Origin: a virus
Lineage: Duplodnaviria; Caudoviricetes
DNA length: 54,049 bases
IMG/VR virus record: IMGVR_UViG_3300018080_002591
Coordinates: 1-54,049 of that record
Direction: 5' to 3' (one strand)
In this document: positions 35,810-45,592 of the stretch, one piece after another
How the letters are laid out: every line of letters starts with the position of its first letter
Numbering within the stretch: position 1 is the first letter of the stretch
Notes under the pieces: generated by a model
Told to the model about the DNA's origin: nothing
Databases searched by the model: none
Seen by the model: the letters and a program-made list of their open reading frames with translations, nothing else
Translations under genes and position numbers: made by a program

Positions 35810-37060
35810 ATGGCAGCATCTACCACACCTTTATTAACCGAATGGCATCCTGATGTCACATATGATTTTGTATTGCGAATAGGTGAAGATGATTATTCAA
35901 CTGACCTTATTAATGTTGAAATTAAAACATCAATAACACAACCATATCAACATATAATTCTTGATGTACGAATGAATGTAGATGATATTTTAGAAAATAC
36001 ATTGTTTGGTCAAAATGAAATAAAATTAATTATAAAGTTGATAGGTACTGACAAAAATAGATTTGCCGATGATATTGTATTTGAATTAATGTATATTGAT
36101 ACACTTACAGAATATTCTCCAGTACAACAAGCATCGGAAACAGATCAAGTAGAAAGAAAAGTTACAAGGTTTAAAACTGTATGTATAAATGCATATCAAT
36201 CAATGTCCACTATGGTAAATAAAATATATTTTAACAAAAAACCAGATGAAATTATAACAGACTTAGTTAAAGCTACTTCAGCAGAACTTGAGTATGATAC
36301 AGTGGGAAAAAGTAGTCTAAATATTGATCAACTATTAATTCCACCAACTACTTTTTATAATGTTATAAATTATCTTGATAAAACATATGGTCTTTTTAAG
36401 GGTCCTATGGCTGTACATGCTACACATGACAATAAAATTAAAGTTCAAAATTTAAATAAGAAACCAAATATGGCACAAATGATAACTCTTTATCTTATAG
36501 CAACCGATAAGAACGAAAAAGAAATATTTGAATCAGAGGATGCAAGTGTATTTTACACAAGAGACGCAGTTGCTAGTTCATATAAAGGCAATGCTGTATT
36601 TTCTGTTCAAGCTCCAACTATAAAATATATCGTTAAACCGAGAGATGCATTATCAAAAACACATGATATTTCTTTAGTTGGAGAAATACAAAAATATGGA
36701 GTAATTGAAAAAAATAATCCAACAGTTTATTATAATGGTGCGGCAATATCTCCATTTAAAAGAATTGGTTTTGAAAAAGATCATACTGGGTATGATGATG
36801 ATCAAACATTTATCCATTCAAATTTAAGTCAGAATATTTTAGATATGGCAACAATTATAGCAGATGTAGCAGGAAGTTTGCCAGTTTTAAATTTAATGGC
36901 AGTTGGAGAACATGTTAAGATTGTAAGTCATACTGATTCAAGGTTAAAACTTTCTGGGTCATATATTTTAAAAGGTAGTTCTGTTATATTTTTAAAAGCA
37001 ACAACATGGGAAGCAAATGGTAGATTATTTTTGAGTAGATCAAATATCGCTCAACAATAA
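35810..37060 (+). CDS. Putative virion structural protein (baseplate hub-like)
   Basis: First gene of the structural block; beta-rich; C-terminal VGEHVKI...LSGSYILK resembles hub/gpD-type proteins (weak). Confidence 0.5.
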   Translation: MAASTTPLLTEWHPDVTYDFVLRIGEDDYSTDLINVEIKTSITQPYQHIILDVRMNVDDILENTLFGQNEIKLIIKLIGTDKNRFADDIVFELMYIDTLTEYSPVQQASETDQVERKVTRFKTVCINAYQSMSTMVNKIYFNKKPDEIITDLVKATSAELEYDTVGKSSLNIDQLLIPPTTFYNVINYLDKTYGLFKGPMAVHATHDNKIKVQNLNKKPNMAQMITLYLIATDKNEKEIFESEDASVFYTRDAVASSYKGNAVFSVQAPTIKYIVKPRDALSKTHDISLVGEIQKYGVIEKNNPTVYYNGAAISPFKRIGFEKDHTGYDDDQTFIHSNLSQNILDMATIIADVAGSLPVLNLMAVGEHVKIVSHTDSRLKLSGSYILKGSSVIFLKATTWEANGRLFLSRSNIAQQ

Positions 37061-37063
37061 TTA

Positions 37064-37077
37064 GAACAAATAATAAA
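37064..37077 (+). promoter_or_regulatory. Candidate late promoter motif GAACAAATAATAAA
   Basis: 12/14 match to the 35782 motif, just upstream of the terminase RBS. Confidence 0.5.
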
Positions 37078-37087
37078 GGAGATCAGA

Positions 37088-38737
37088 ATGGCGGTACAAG
37101 TGAAACGAACTCCGGACGAATATGTTGCGGAGTATTTACGATGTAAAGGTGATTTTCATTATTTTTGTGGGCATTATATTAAAATTGAAATACCAGGCGA
37201 AGATGTATTATTAAAACCATATAACAAACAATCTGAATTGATTGATACAATTGAGAGAATGAAATATGTTTTGGTTTTGAAGAGTAGGCAAATTGGAATC
37301 TCAACTATTGTTCAGGCATATGCCGCATGGCTAACAGTCTTTTTTAACAACGTTGTTATAGGGGTTATATCAAAAGATGGAGCTGAAGCTACAGATTTTG
37401 CAAGAATTATTCGTGGTATGGTTGAAAAACTTCCTGATTGGATGAAACCATTGGGTGGTTCACAAGGACGTGGTCTTGCAAAAAGAACTGAACGTTCATT
37501 TATTTTAACAAATGGTAGTAAGGTTTATGCATCTCCTGTTAATCCAAATGCGCCCGATAAAACGCTTCGTGGTAAAGCATTAACATTTTTAGTTATCGAT
37601 GAGGCAGCATTTGTCGGTCATGTTGAGGCAGCATGGACTTCAATGGTTCCAGCTTTATCAACAAACCAAATGCAAGCACGAAAGAATGGAATCCCATTCG
37701 GAACAATTGTTCTTTCAACACCAAATAAAACTATTGGTATTGGTCAGTGGTATTTCGAACAATACATGAGGGCAGTTTCAAACGATGATATTTTTAAACC
37801 ATTTGTAATTCACTGGAAAATGATTCCAGAGTTAGCAGATGATCCACATTGGTATAAAACACAATGTAAATTATTCAATAATGATCCAAAGAAAATCGCA
37901 CAGGAATTGGAATTAAAATTCTTGCCTGCTGAAGGTTCATTCTTTGAAGCGGATACTGTTGAGAGAGTACAGGATGCATGTGTTGAACCACTTGAAAAAT
38001 TAAAAGTATTCAATGGAGAGATTTGGAAATTTTCAGAAGCATTGCCTAATAAGAATTATATGATAGGAGTTGATACTGCACCTGAACATGGGGAAGATAA
38101 ATCGGCAGTAACTGTTTGGGATTATCAAACGCTTGAACAAGTTTGGGAATATCAAGGTAAATGTAAAGTATTAGATTTCTTAAAAGTTGTTCAAATAGCT
38201 GCAACACAATATAGAAATGGTCCAATAGTAGTTGAATCAAACTCATACGGTAACCAGGTTATAGAAGAACTGATGCAAACAAATTTTTCAAGTAGAGTTT
38301 ATAAAGAAAAACGCGGAGCAAATACTATCGTTCCTGGTCTTTCAAATAATGCAAAAACAAGACCATTGATGATTGATGCTTTATATTCATATATGACAGA
38401 ATATCCTGAAGTTGTTAGATCTCAAAGACTTGCACTTGAATTAACAGGATTGGTTTCAAAAACGAGTGGTAGAGTTGAAGCAGATACTGGATGTCACGAC
38501 GACTTAGCATTAGCATCTGCATGTTGTTTTTATGTAAGAAAATATGATCCACCATTACTTCTTGAAACAGAAGGTGGTGAATATTCAGGAACAGTTGAAG
38601 TAATGAAAGATATTGTAAGTTTTAATACCGATAGACCAACAGAAATAAGCAATGCCGCAATTATGAAATCTGTTAAAAATAATTTGGATAAAAATCTAGG
38701 TTTTGTTGATATAATGGATTTATATAATAAGGAATAA
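37088..38737 (+). CDS. terL: Terminase large subunit (T4 gp17-like)
   Basis: LKSRQIGIST, LVIDEAAF, LSTP, IGVDTA, VVESN, HDDLALA. Confidence 0.93.
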   Translation: MAVQVKRTPDEYVAEYLRCKGDFHYFCGHYIKIEIPGEDVLLKPYNKQSELIDTIERMKYVLVLKSRQIGISTIVQAYAAWLTVFFNNVVIGVISKDGAEATDFARIIRGMVEKLPDWMKPLGGSQGRGLAKRTERSFILTNGSKVYASPVNPNAPDKTLRGKALTFLVIDEAAFVGHVEAAWTSMVPALSTNQMQARKNGIPFGTIVLSTPNKTIGIGQWYFEQYMRAVSNDDIFKPFVIHWKMIPELADDPHWYKTQCKLFNNDPKKIAQELELKFLPAEGSFFEADTVERVQDACVEPLEKLKVFNGEIWKFSEALPNKNYMIGVDTAPEHGEDKSAVTVWDYQTLEQVWEYQGKCKVLDFLKVVQIAATQYRNGPIVVESNSYGNQVIEELMQTNFSSRVYKEKRGANTIVPGLSNNAKTRPLMIDALYSYMTEYPEVVRSQRLALELTGLVSKTSGRVEADTGCHDDLALASACCFYVRKYDPPLLLETEGGEYSGTVEVMKDIVSFNTDRPTEISNAAIMKSVKNNLDKNLGFVDIMDLYNKE

Positions 38738-38740
38738 ATT

Positions 38741-39631
38741 ATGGATGATAAATATATAGAGGAACTATTTGCAGTCCCAATCGGACTTGAAGTTGAAGCA
38801 ACAGTTGACGGTCAAAAGTTTTATTCGTCAGATGGTTTGCGAAAATCATTTATGAAAGCTATGGGTGCTTCAAGTATAACGAGTGGTATATACAATCAAA
38901 TAGATACATTAGTTACAAAGAAGAAACTTTTAGTTCCATGTTATTTATCTAAAAATATGTTTCGCTTTTTTACACATAAAATATGGGGAAGACCAGAAGA
39001 TAAAGATATTTTGGGATTTTATCATATGAAACAAAAAAGAGTTTTTATATTAATTGATAATAATGTTAATTATATAGGTACTGCAAAAAACGATGAAATG
39101 GCAAGTACTGTAATGCATGAATGTGTACATTTATACGCAGATAGATTGAAAGGAAAATTCTTAAGTACCTTCAAACAAGAATTAGATAGATTTTATATTT
39201 CATACTTTACAAGAGTATTCAAATTAAAAAAGAAACCAAATGTTACAAACATTATAAAGTTTCTTTCTAAGTTTGAATATTCCAGAGATGAAAATCTAAA
39301 TAAACAATTAACAACTTATTATTATTTAATGGAAAAAGAATTAAAACCTTATACAGAGATGAGCGATGAAGATTTTACCAAACTACTAACAAGGATTATT
39401 GTATCGATTAAACTTTCGTTAGTTAAGTTTCCAACATTTCTAAGGATGTATAGAACAAATATAGATATTTATGGACCTCTTGATAGAGCATACCAAGAAG
39501 CATTCGGAAAGAAAAATACATATACAGGAGTATTCCAAGAATTATCATCTATATCAGAAGTCATATGCGTTCTATCTGAAATGAGATCATCATACCCAAA
39601 GATTAAGAAAATGTTTAAAGATATGGCATAG
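38741..39631 (+). CDS. Hypothetical protein with HExxH (zincin-like) motif
   Basis: ILGFY...VFILID...STVMHECVHL. Confidence 0.6.
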   Translation: MDDKYIEELFAVPIGLEVEATVDGQKFYSSDGLRKSFMKAMGASSITSGIYNQIDTLVTKKKLLVPCYLSKNMFRFFTHKIWGRPEDKDILGFYHMKQKRVFILIDNNVNYIGTAKNDEMASTVMHECVHLYADRLKGKFLSTFKQELDRFYISYFTRVFKLKKKPNVTNIIKFLSKFEYSRDENLNKQLTTYYYLMEKELKPYTEMSDEDFTKLLTRIIVSIKLSLVKFPTFLRMYRTNIDIYGPLDRAYQEAFGKKNTYTGVFQELSSISEVICVLSEMRSSYPKIKKMFKDMA

Positions 39632-39642
39632 GAGTTTAACGT

Positions 39643-42600
39643 ATGGCTATTCGAGATGATAATACTCCCCCTTCAAGAACTCCGGGAAGTATTACCCAAA
39701 CCGCTGATGCACAACAGGATAGAATTGGTAATATCAGCAATGTATCTAAAACCGTAGCTAACATGCAAAAAGATGTAAAGCAACGGATTACTGAAACCAA
39801 AGAAGCTGTTGATAATTCTAAAGAGATCAGTGCGATTCAGGGTTCAATGGTTAATGTACTAGACAAATTAAGTGATACAGTCAATGCTCTAAAAAATGGA
39901 GTGAGAACTGTAACCACTGATACTGCTAAAGCTACAAAAGATGCAATTAACGATTACGGTAAAGCTGTTAGTCAGGATATTAGTTTTAACAAACAAAGTA
40001 TTGTTGCAATGGCACTTGCTAGATCAACTCCTATATATGGTTACTTTGTTGCAAAGTTTATGGAAACAGATGTTTTCAAACGTGCAGCAGAAAGAATGAA
40101 ACAATCCATTGGTAAAGCATTTGGTAGTTTAGCAGGTATTTTCAGACGTGATGGAAAAAAGAATAAACCAACACAAGAACAATTTGCAAAACATGTAAAA
40201 GGCAAAATACCACACATGGCTAAGGGTGGTGTTGTTGGTAAAGAAGGTGTTGCTAAGCTCCATGCGGCAGAAGTAGTAATGCCGATTGAAAAGCTTTTAA
40301 CTCGAATGGATGAGAGTAATGATGCAACAAAAAATATTGGTAAATTTATATCAAGGTTAACACTACAACATGCTGCATCTACTAAAGCAGTATCATCTAT
40401 GATTCTTCATAAAGATGAATTAGAAGGTAAAAGAAAAACTGGATTATTTAAAGATTTCTTCAGAATAGCAAGAGAAGAAAAAGAAAGAGATAGAAATTCA
40501 ATTGATGTTAGACAGCTTCGAGAATTAATTGCTATTAGAGAATCATTCGGCGCTGAAATGAAAATGTGGCCAGAAGTATGGAGTAGGTTATTATCAAACC
40601 ATCCAATGTTTAGAAATGTTATTGCATTGACCAAATCATATGCATCGTTGATGAAATTAATTACATGGAAACCTGTTTATGCAATATTTAAGAGTCGTGG
40701 TGGTCATGCAAGATATTTATCAAGAAAACAAGAACCACTTGAAGCATTAAATCAAAACATTGGGTTGTTGTATGTTGAATCTATGTGGCGATTTGACAAT
40801 ATGCTAAATTTATTGAGAGCAATTGCAATTGCTACAAGAGCTACAGCATCTAAAGTAACTGGTAAGAAATTTGATAGATTAAAAGGTATAGGTACTGGTG
40901 AGTGGTCTATTGCTGGCGTCACTGCTAGAGCAGTTGGACTTCTAACTGGCGGAGCAATGCAATTAGCTGGTAAAATACCTGGTCTTAGTTTATTAGGAAA
41001 AGGTGGAAAGGCATTAACTCGTAAATCTTTAACCGGAAGATACGGAAATGTACATTCAATTGAAGGAAGTGATCTTGGTCCAAAAGAAGTAAAGAAAATA
41101 AAAAGAAATCCTATCTATGTAGATTTACATGCAATTTCAGAAAATTTCAAGAAAAAACAAAAGAAAGAAGATAAGATAGCTCCAAAGAAGAAAAAACAAG
41201 AACAAAAGATGTTTGAATGGGCATCTCAAAGAACAGAAACTTCAAATGCTATTCAAAAAGGATTAAAAAATAAATCCTGGATTCAATGGCTTTTAATTGG
41301 TTTTGGTTTTGTTAAAACAATGTTATCTAGTTGGTGGAATAGAACACTTGGAAAAATTTTAAACAAACAAGCCCTTACAGGTTTAGGTAATGTACTAAGA
41401 GGTAGAGGGTTTGATGGTAAAGGTTCTTTCACTAGTAAAAAACGCAGAGCCAAAAGAAGTCTTTCTCGTAAGGCTGGAAAATTTAGTAAATGGATGAAAG
41501 GCGGTGTCGGTGTCGGTGCTAAACTTGGAGGTGCAGCAGGCATGCTAGCGGGTGGTGGCATGATGGGGTATGATGCTTATCAAGCTGTACAGTTGGCTGA
41601 ACAATGGAAAACGAGTAAAATTGGCGCAGGTATCGGCGGAGCACTTGGTGGAACAGGTCAAGGTATAGAAGGTGCGATCTCAGGAGTTGGAAAAGGTGCT
41701 TCTATGGGCATGGGAATCGGTATGTTTTTCGGTCCACTTGGAGCAGCTATCGGCGGTGGAATTGGAGCTATAGTTGGTGGTGTATTAGGTTTTGTTGGTG
41801 GCAAAAGAATTGCTGGTGCATTAGATTGGATTGGAAAAAAATTAAAACCTTTTGTAAAAGTAGTCACTGATGTTATCATGTTACCGGTGAACTTCATCAA
41901 AGACTCAATAGATATATTTAAAGATGGTTTATCATGGGATGCAATAAAAAAGTTTAGTCTTAGAAGCTTAAAATATAGTTGGGATACAATAACTGCAATA
42001 CCCCGAAGTATATGGAAATTTGCTAAACTAGTTTCTCCTAAATTAACTGGGGCAATTGAAAATATGTTTACCAAAATCAAAAACATAGCTCATGAATTTT
42101 TTGTTGCCAAACCTCTTGCAATGTGGGAAAGTGCAAAACGATGGGTAGATGAATTATTTAGTCTTGATACATTAAAAACAATTATATCTGGATTGTTATG
42201 GGATTATCCGAAATGGTTACTGAAAAAAATTGGGGGAGCTTTCTATTGGCTTGCTGATCTAGTTTTTGATATGGATGCTTTAAAAAAGGATCTTACTTGG
42301 TTATTAAATTGGCCAAAAAATAAAATCATGGGTATTTGGGATTCGGTAACAAAATGGGCAACAGAAAAATTTAATATTAAATCAATCAAAGATACACTAA
42401 TGAAACCAATTGATAGTTTTTTAGGTATGTTCTCATGGATTGGTGATATATTCACAGATATAAAAAATTATATTGTAGATAAAATAAGTTCAGTTGCTGG
42501 TATATCTTCCTTCTTTAAAAATATTTTTAAAGGCAATAAGGGTCCGCCAGATAAAGCAGAACAATCTAAAATAAAAGATAAAACAGCAAATGCCACAACC

Positions 42601-43185
42601 AATATAGCAGAATTGGCTGAAACAGCAAAAGCTAAAGCAACAAAATCTTTAAGAACATCAGGCAAATTTTTGTCTGGGTTGCCACCTAAAGCTAAAAAAG
42701 CTTTTGAAACAGCTAAAAAATATTATATGTCCGAATTTGGTTGGACTGAAAACCAAGCAAATGCAATATTAGAAACTATCGCTACAACTGCTGGGGATAA
42801 AATCAATAAGTTTTCTGATCCAGAAAAACTAAAAAATATGGCCTCTGGTTTGATGAATGCAGGAGATAATGTAGCAGGTGCTGTCAAAGATAGATTTGCT
42901 GCTATGATTGATAGTGGTCATATAGTCGTAAATGAAGCAAAATTAATGCTAGCAAATGGTGAGATGATTGCTGACGACATCGGCAAAAAAATCATGGATT
43001 CATCAAAAGAATTAGGTGAGAAATCTATTCAAGGAACAAAAGCGGTAGTAAACTCAGTAAATACAGTCACTACAAATATAGCACAGACTTCTAATGCAAA
43101 TGTGAGTGGTGGAGGTCGAGGATCTAAATTATATGATCCATCTGGTTATTTTGATCAAATGGTATTTACAGGAAATTATCGTTAA
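39643..43185 (+). CDS. Tape-measure-like protein
   Basis: 1180 aa helical; IPHMAKGGVV...LHAAEVVMP motif, Gly/Ala-rich membrane-like segment, periodic Trp/Phe amphipathic region. Confidence 0.75.
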   Translation: MAIRDDNTPPSRTPGSITQTADAQQDRIGNISNVSKTVANMQKDVKQRITETKEAVDNSKEISAIQGSMVNVLDKLSDTVNALKNGVRTVTTDTAKATKDAINDYGKAVSQDISFNKQSIVAMALARSTPIYGYFVAKFMETDVFKRAAERMKQSIGKAFGSLAGIFRRDGKKNKPTQEQFAKHVKGKIPHMAKGGVVGKEGVAKLHAAEVVMPIEKLLTRMDESNDATKNIGKFISRLTLQHAASTKAVSSMILHKDELEGKRKTGLFKDFFRIAREEKERDRNSIDVRQLRELIAIRESFGAEMKMWPEVWSRLLSNHPMFRNVIALTKSYASLMKLITWKPVYAIFKSRGGHARYLSRKQEPLEALNQNIGLLYVESMWRFDNMLNLLRAIAIATRATASKVTGKKFDRLKGIGTGEWSIAGVTARAVGLLTGGAMQLAGKIPGLSLLGKGGKALTRKSLTGRYGNVHSIEGSDLGPKEVKKIKRNPIYVDLHAISENFKKKQKKEDKIAPKKKKQEQKMFEWASQRTETSNAIQKGLKNKSWIQWLLIGFGFVKTMLSSWWNRTLGKILNKQALTGLGNVLRGRGFDGKGSFTSKKRRAKRSLSRKAGKFSKWMKGGVGVGAKLGGAAGMLAGGGMMGYDAYQAVQLAEQWKTSKIGAGIGGALGGTGQGIEGAISGVGKGASMGMGIGMFFGPLGAAIGGGIGAIVGGVLGFVGGKRIAGALDWIGKKLKPFVKVVTDVIMLPVNFIKDSIDIFKDGLSWDAIKKFSLRSLKYSWDTITAIPRSIWKFAKLVSPKLTGAIENMFTKIKNIAHEFFVAKPLAMWESAKRWVDELFSLDTLKTIISGLLWDYPKWLLKKIGGAFYWLADLVFDMDALKKDLTWLLNWPKNKIMGIWDSVTKWATEKFNIKSIKDTLMKPIDSFLGMFSWIGDIFTDIKNYIVDKISSVAGISSFFKNIFKGNKGPPDKAEQSKIKDKTANATTNIAELAETAKAKATKSLRTSGKFLSGLPPKAKKAFETAKKYYMSEFGWTENQANAILETIATTAGDKINKFSDPEKLKNMASGLMNAGDNVAGAVKDRFAAMIDSGHIVVNEAKLMLANGEMIADDIGKKIMDSSKELGEKSIQGTKAVVNSVNTVTTNIAQTSNANVSGGGRGSKLYDPSGYFDQMVFTGNYR

Positions 43186-43200
43186 AGGGAGAGTATTGAT

Positions 43201-44478
43201 ATGCCAACAAATGTAGGAAATCCACAAAACAAACAAATTGGATTATTAGATGTATTTGGTTATCCTCCGGATAATATACATCCTCGAACAACATTAGAAA
43301 TGAAAAAAAGTCTACCTGTAGTTAAATTTTTTCCATCTCTTCCCAGTTTTCAAAAGGGATCTAGTTTGTTTACCTTAGCTCCAGCTTGGATTGAATATTC
43401 ACAATTATTAAAAGATAATGGTTATACTATAAATGGTGGTAAAGATAATGGAATACAATTAGCTTTTCTAGCTGATAATTTTCCAACCGATACATTTACA
43501 AATGAATATGGAGAAAACTTCTTACAAAAATTTACTGATATTGCATCTGAAGGTGCTGCTTCGATATCACAAATGTTTGGTGCAGAAAAAGCTACTGATG
43601 TAATTAAAAATGCTTCCACTAATTTGAAAGCTTCTGAAAATGTTGGTGCTAAAGCTGTAGGTCAAACTTTGGGGTTTGCTCATGATATGGGTTCATCTGT
43701 TGCACAGCAATTAAGTAAAATCAGTACAGGTTTAGCTGGAGGTGGAGATTTAGTAAATACTCTTATGGCAGGTGGGCGTTTAGATTTTCCAATGGTATGG
43801 AAAACAAGTTCATATCAACCATCATATTCAATGACTGTTAGATTATATAATCCATATCCACAAAGTGATAAAGCTACACAAAAATATATTATCGGTCCAA
43901 TTGTTGCAATTATGTTATTGGGTGTACCAAGAGCAAGAAATGCATCTTCATATACATGGCCATTTTTTCATAGAATTGAATGTCCTGGTTTGTTTGATTT
44001 GAATCCAGGTTTTATAAGCAATATTACCGTAGTTAAAGGAGGAGATCAACAACAAATATCTTTCCAACAACGATTAGGTATTGTAGATATAAGAATAGAT
44101 GTGGGTAGTTTATACAGTAGTATGATAGCAGGAAAAAGCATTAATTCTGAAAGACCAACTGTTTCAAAATATGCAAAAACAATGGCAGGTGAAAGAAAAG
44201 TAACTAACAGACAACAGGATAATTCTTCAATTAGTGAATCTGTAGGAGACAATGCTATTGGCTCAACAACATCACGAACAGATATAGAAAAATTATATGA
44301 ATTAAGATCAAAAGGGTATAATTCTCCAATACCATCTTTTCTTGATATTGATGGTTATAGAATACCTAAACCAGCAAGTCCAAAAATTCAAGCAGAAGCT
44401 GAAGACTTATCACTTGGTGGTAGAGTTACATCAGAAGAAAGTACTACATATTTTGAATTGAAAAAATTAGGTGGTTAA
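43201..44478 (+). CDS. Putative baseplate/tail-tube initiator protein
   Basis: Follows the tape measure; FPMVWKTSSYQPSYSMTVRL, FISNITVVKG resemble tube-fold baseplate proteins. Confidence 0.5.
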   Translation: MPTNVGNPQNKQIGLLDVFGYPPDNIHPRTTLEMKKSLPVVKFFPSLPSFQKGSSLFTLAPAWIEYSQLLKDNGYTINGGKDNGIQLAFLADNFPTDTFTNEYGENFLQKFTDIASEGAASISQMFGAEKATDVIKNASTNLKASENVGAKAVGQTLGFAHDMGSSVAQQLSKISTGLAGGGDLVNTLMAGGRLDFPMVWKTSSYQPSYSMTVRLYNPYPQSDKATQKYIIGPIVAIMLLGVPRARNASSYTWPFFHRIECPGLFDLNPGFISNITVVKGGDQQQISFQQRLGIVDIRIDVGSLYSSMIAGKSINSERPTVSKYAKTMAGERKVTNRQQDNSSISESVGDNAIGSTTSRTDIEKLYELRSKGYNSPIPSFLDIDGYRIPKPASPKIQAEAEDLSLGGRVTSEESTTYFELKKLGG

Positions 44479-45590
44479 CATACCATATTACGCATTGTCA
44501 TTGTTAGATAAAATGCAAGGAAGGAAAGAATCATATACTGATGTTGTGTTGTATATGAATTGAATGTTTTTGTATAACCAATATTTTTCATAACTTTCAT
44601 TAGCAAAATATTGATTTGTTGTTTGAAATAAATCTTAGCCCTTGTACGTTTTACGGCCATCAATTTTTTAACATATGGTTGAAAGTTTCTTCCGCAAAAC
44701 ATAGACTTATTAGTAATTTCTTTTATAAACAATTGTAATATCAAACGAATCTCATCCGCATATTTTGTGCCAATCAACTCTTTAGATATCAAATCAGCAA
44801 TCACAGGTTTTGTTTTTGTAATTTTAATTGCATCAACTAATGCATTTCTATCAACAGTCCTATAAATAGTCATTTTTTTTACAGTTGAATCAATAACTCT
44901 CTTACCTCTTTCCTGTGATTGTTGCTGATAAATATTACCTTCATCATCTGAAATATCAGTTTGAATTCTCATCGCATTACCTTCTTCCCATGCTCTATAA
45001 TAATGCTCAGCAAAACTCTTCAAACTCTGATCTATTCTATGTCTAGATCCAGCTATAAATTGAATGATTTCAGAAACATTAAATGTTTTAATATCATTTG
45101 TATATCTTTTCTCCATTTCCTTTGCTAAATGAAAAAGACTATTGCCTATTGTTTTTTCTCTTGAAAATAAATGTGTTTTAGTCAATGTTTCTAACGCATA
45201 TGAAAAAGTTTCTGAATTACAAAATTGAGGGAAATACTTTTTAAATTTATGACCATATTGTCTAATTAAACTATAAATCATAGTTGAATGATATAATGTT
45301 TTATTATTATTTTTAAGAGCATACCACATAATAAATAATAATAAATTAGAATCTGGTTGTATTACAGGGAGAAAATTTTGAGCTATTGTCCCTTTATAAG
45401 TTCGTTTGATAAATTCTTTTACATCTTTATCTTTTAAACCAGTAACGTTTAATAGCTGATTATATGTTTTTTTGTGTGGTGGAAGATAACAAGGTTGAGA
45501 CAAATTATTCACATCTGAGGAAGTCAACCGCAACATAGTACGTTGTAGTTGTGTAGGATTTATTTTTGAATTTTCTAATAATGTTTTCAT
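44475..45590 (-). CDS. Hypothetical basic helical protein
   Basis: 371 aa ORF, last gene of the minus-strand operon. Confidence 0.7.
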   Translation of the reverse strand: MKTLLENSKINPTQLQRTMLRLTSSDVNNLSQPCYLPPHKKTYNQLLNVTGLKDKDVKEFIKRTYKGTIAQNFLPVIQPDSNLLLFIMWYALKNNNKTLYHSTMIYSLIRQYGHKFKKYFPQFCNSETFSYALETLTKTHLFSREKTIGNSLFHLAKEMEKRYTNDIKTFNVSEIIQFIAGSRHRIDQSLKSFAEHYYRAWEEGNAMRIQTDISDDEGNIYQQQSQERGKRVIDSTVKKMTIYRTVDRNALVDAIKITKTKPVIADLISKELIGTKYADEIRLILQLFIKEITNKSMFCGRNFQPYVKKLMAVKRTRAKIYFKQQINILLMKVMKNIGYTKTFNSYTTQHQYMILSFLAFYLTMTMRNMVC

Positions 45591-45592
45591 AG

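Noticed and set aside
41500-41820. Gly/Ala-rich low-complexity repeats as a separate repeat element
   Set aside because: Explained by the coding GGAxG glycine-zipper-like segment of the tape-measure-like protein
44475-45590. Sigma factor for the phage RNAP
   Set aside because: Helical and basic, but no recognisable region 2 or region 4 motifs; cannot be supported without a structure search
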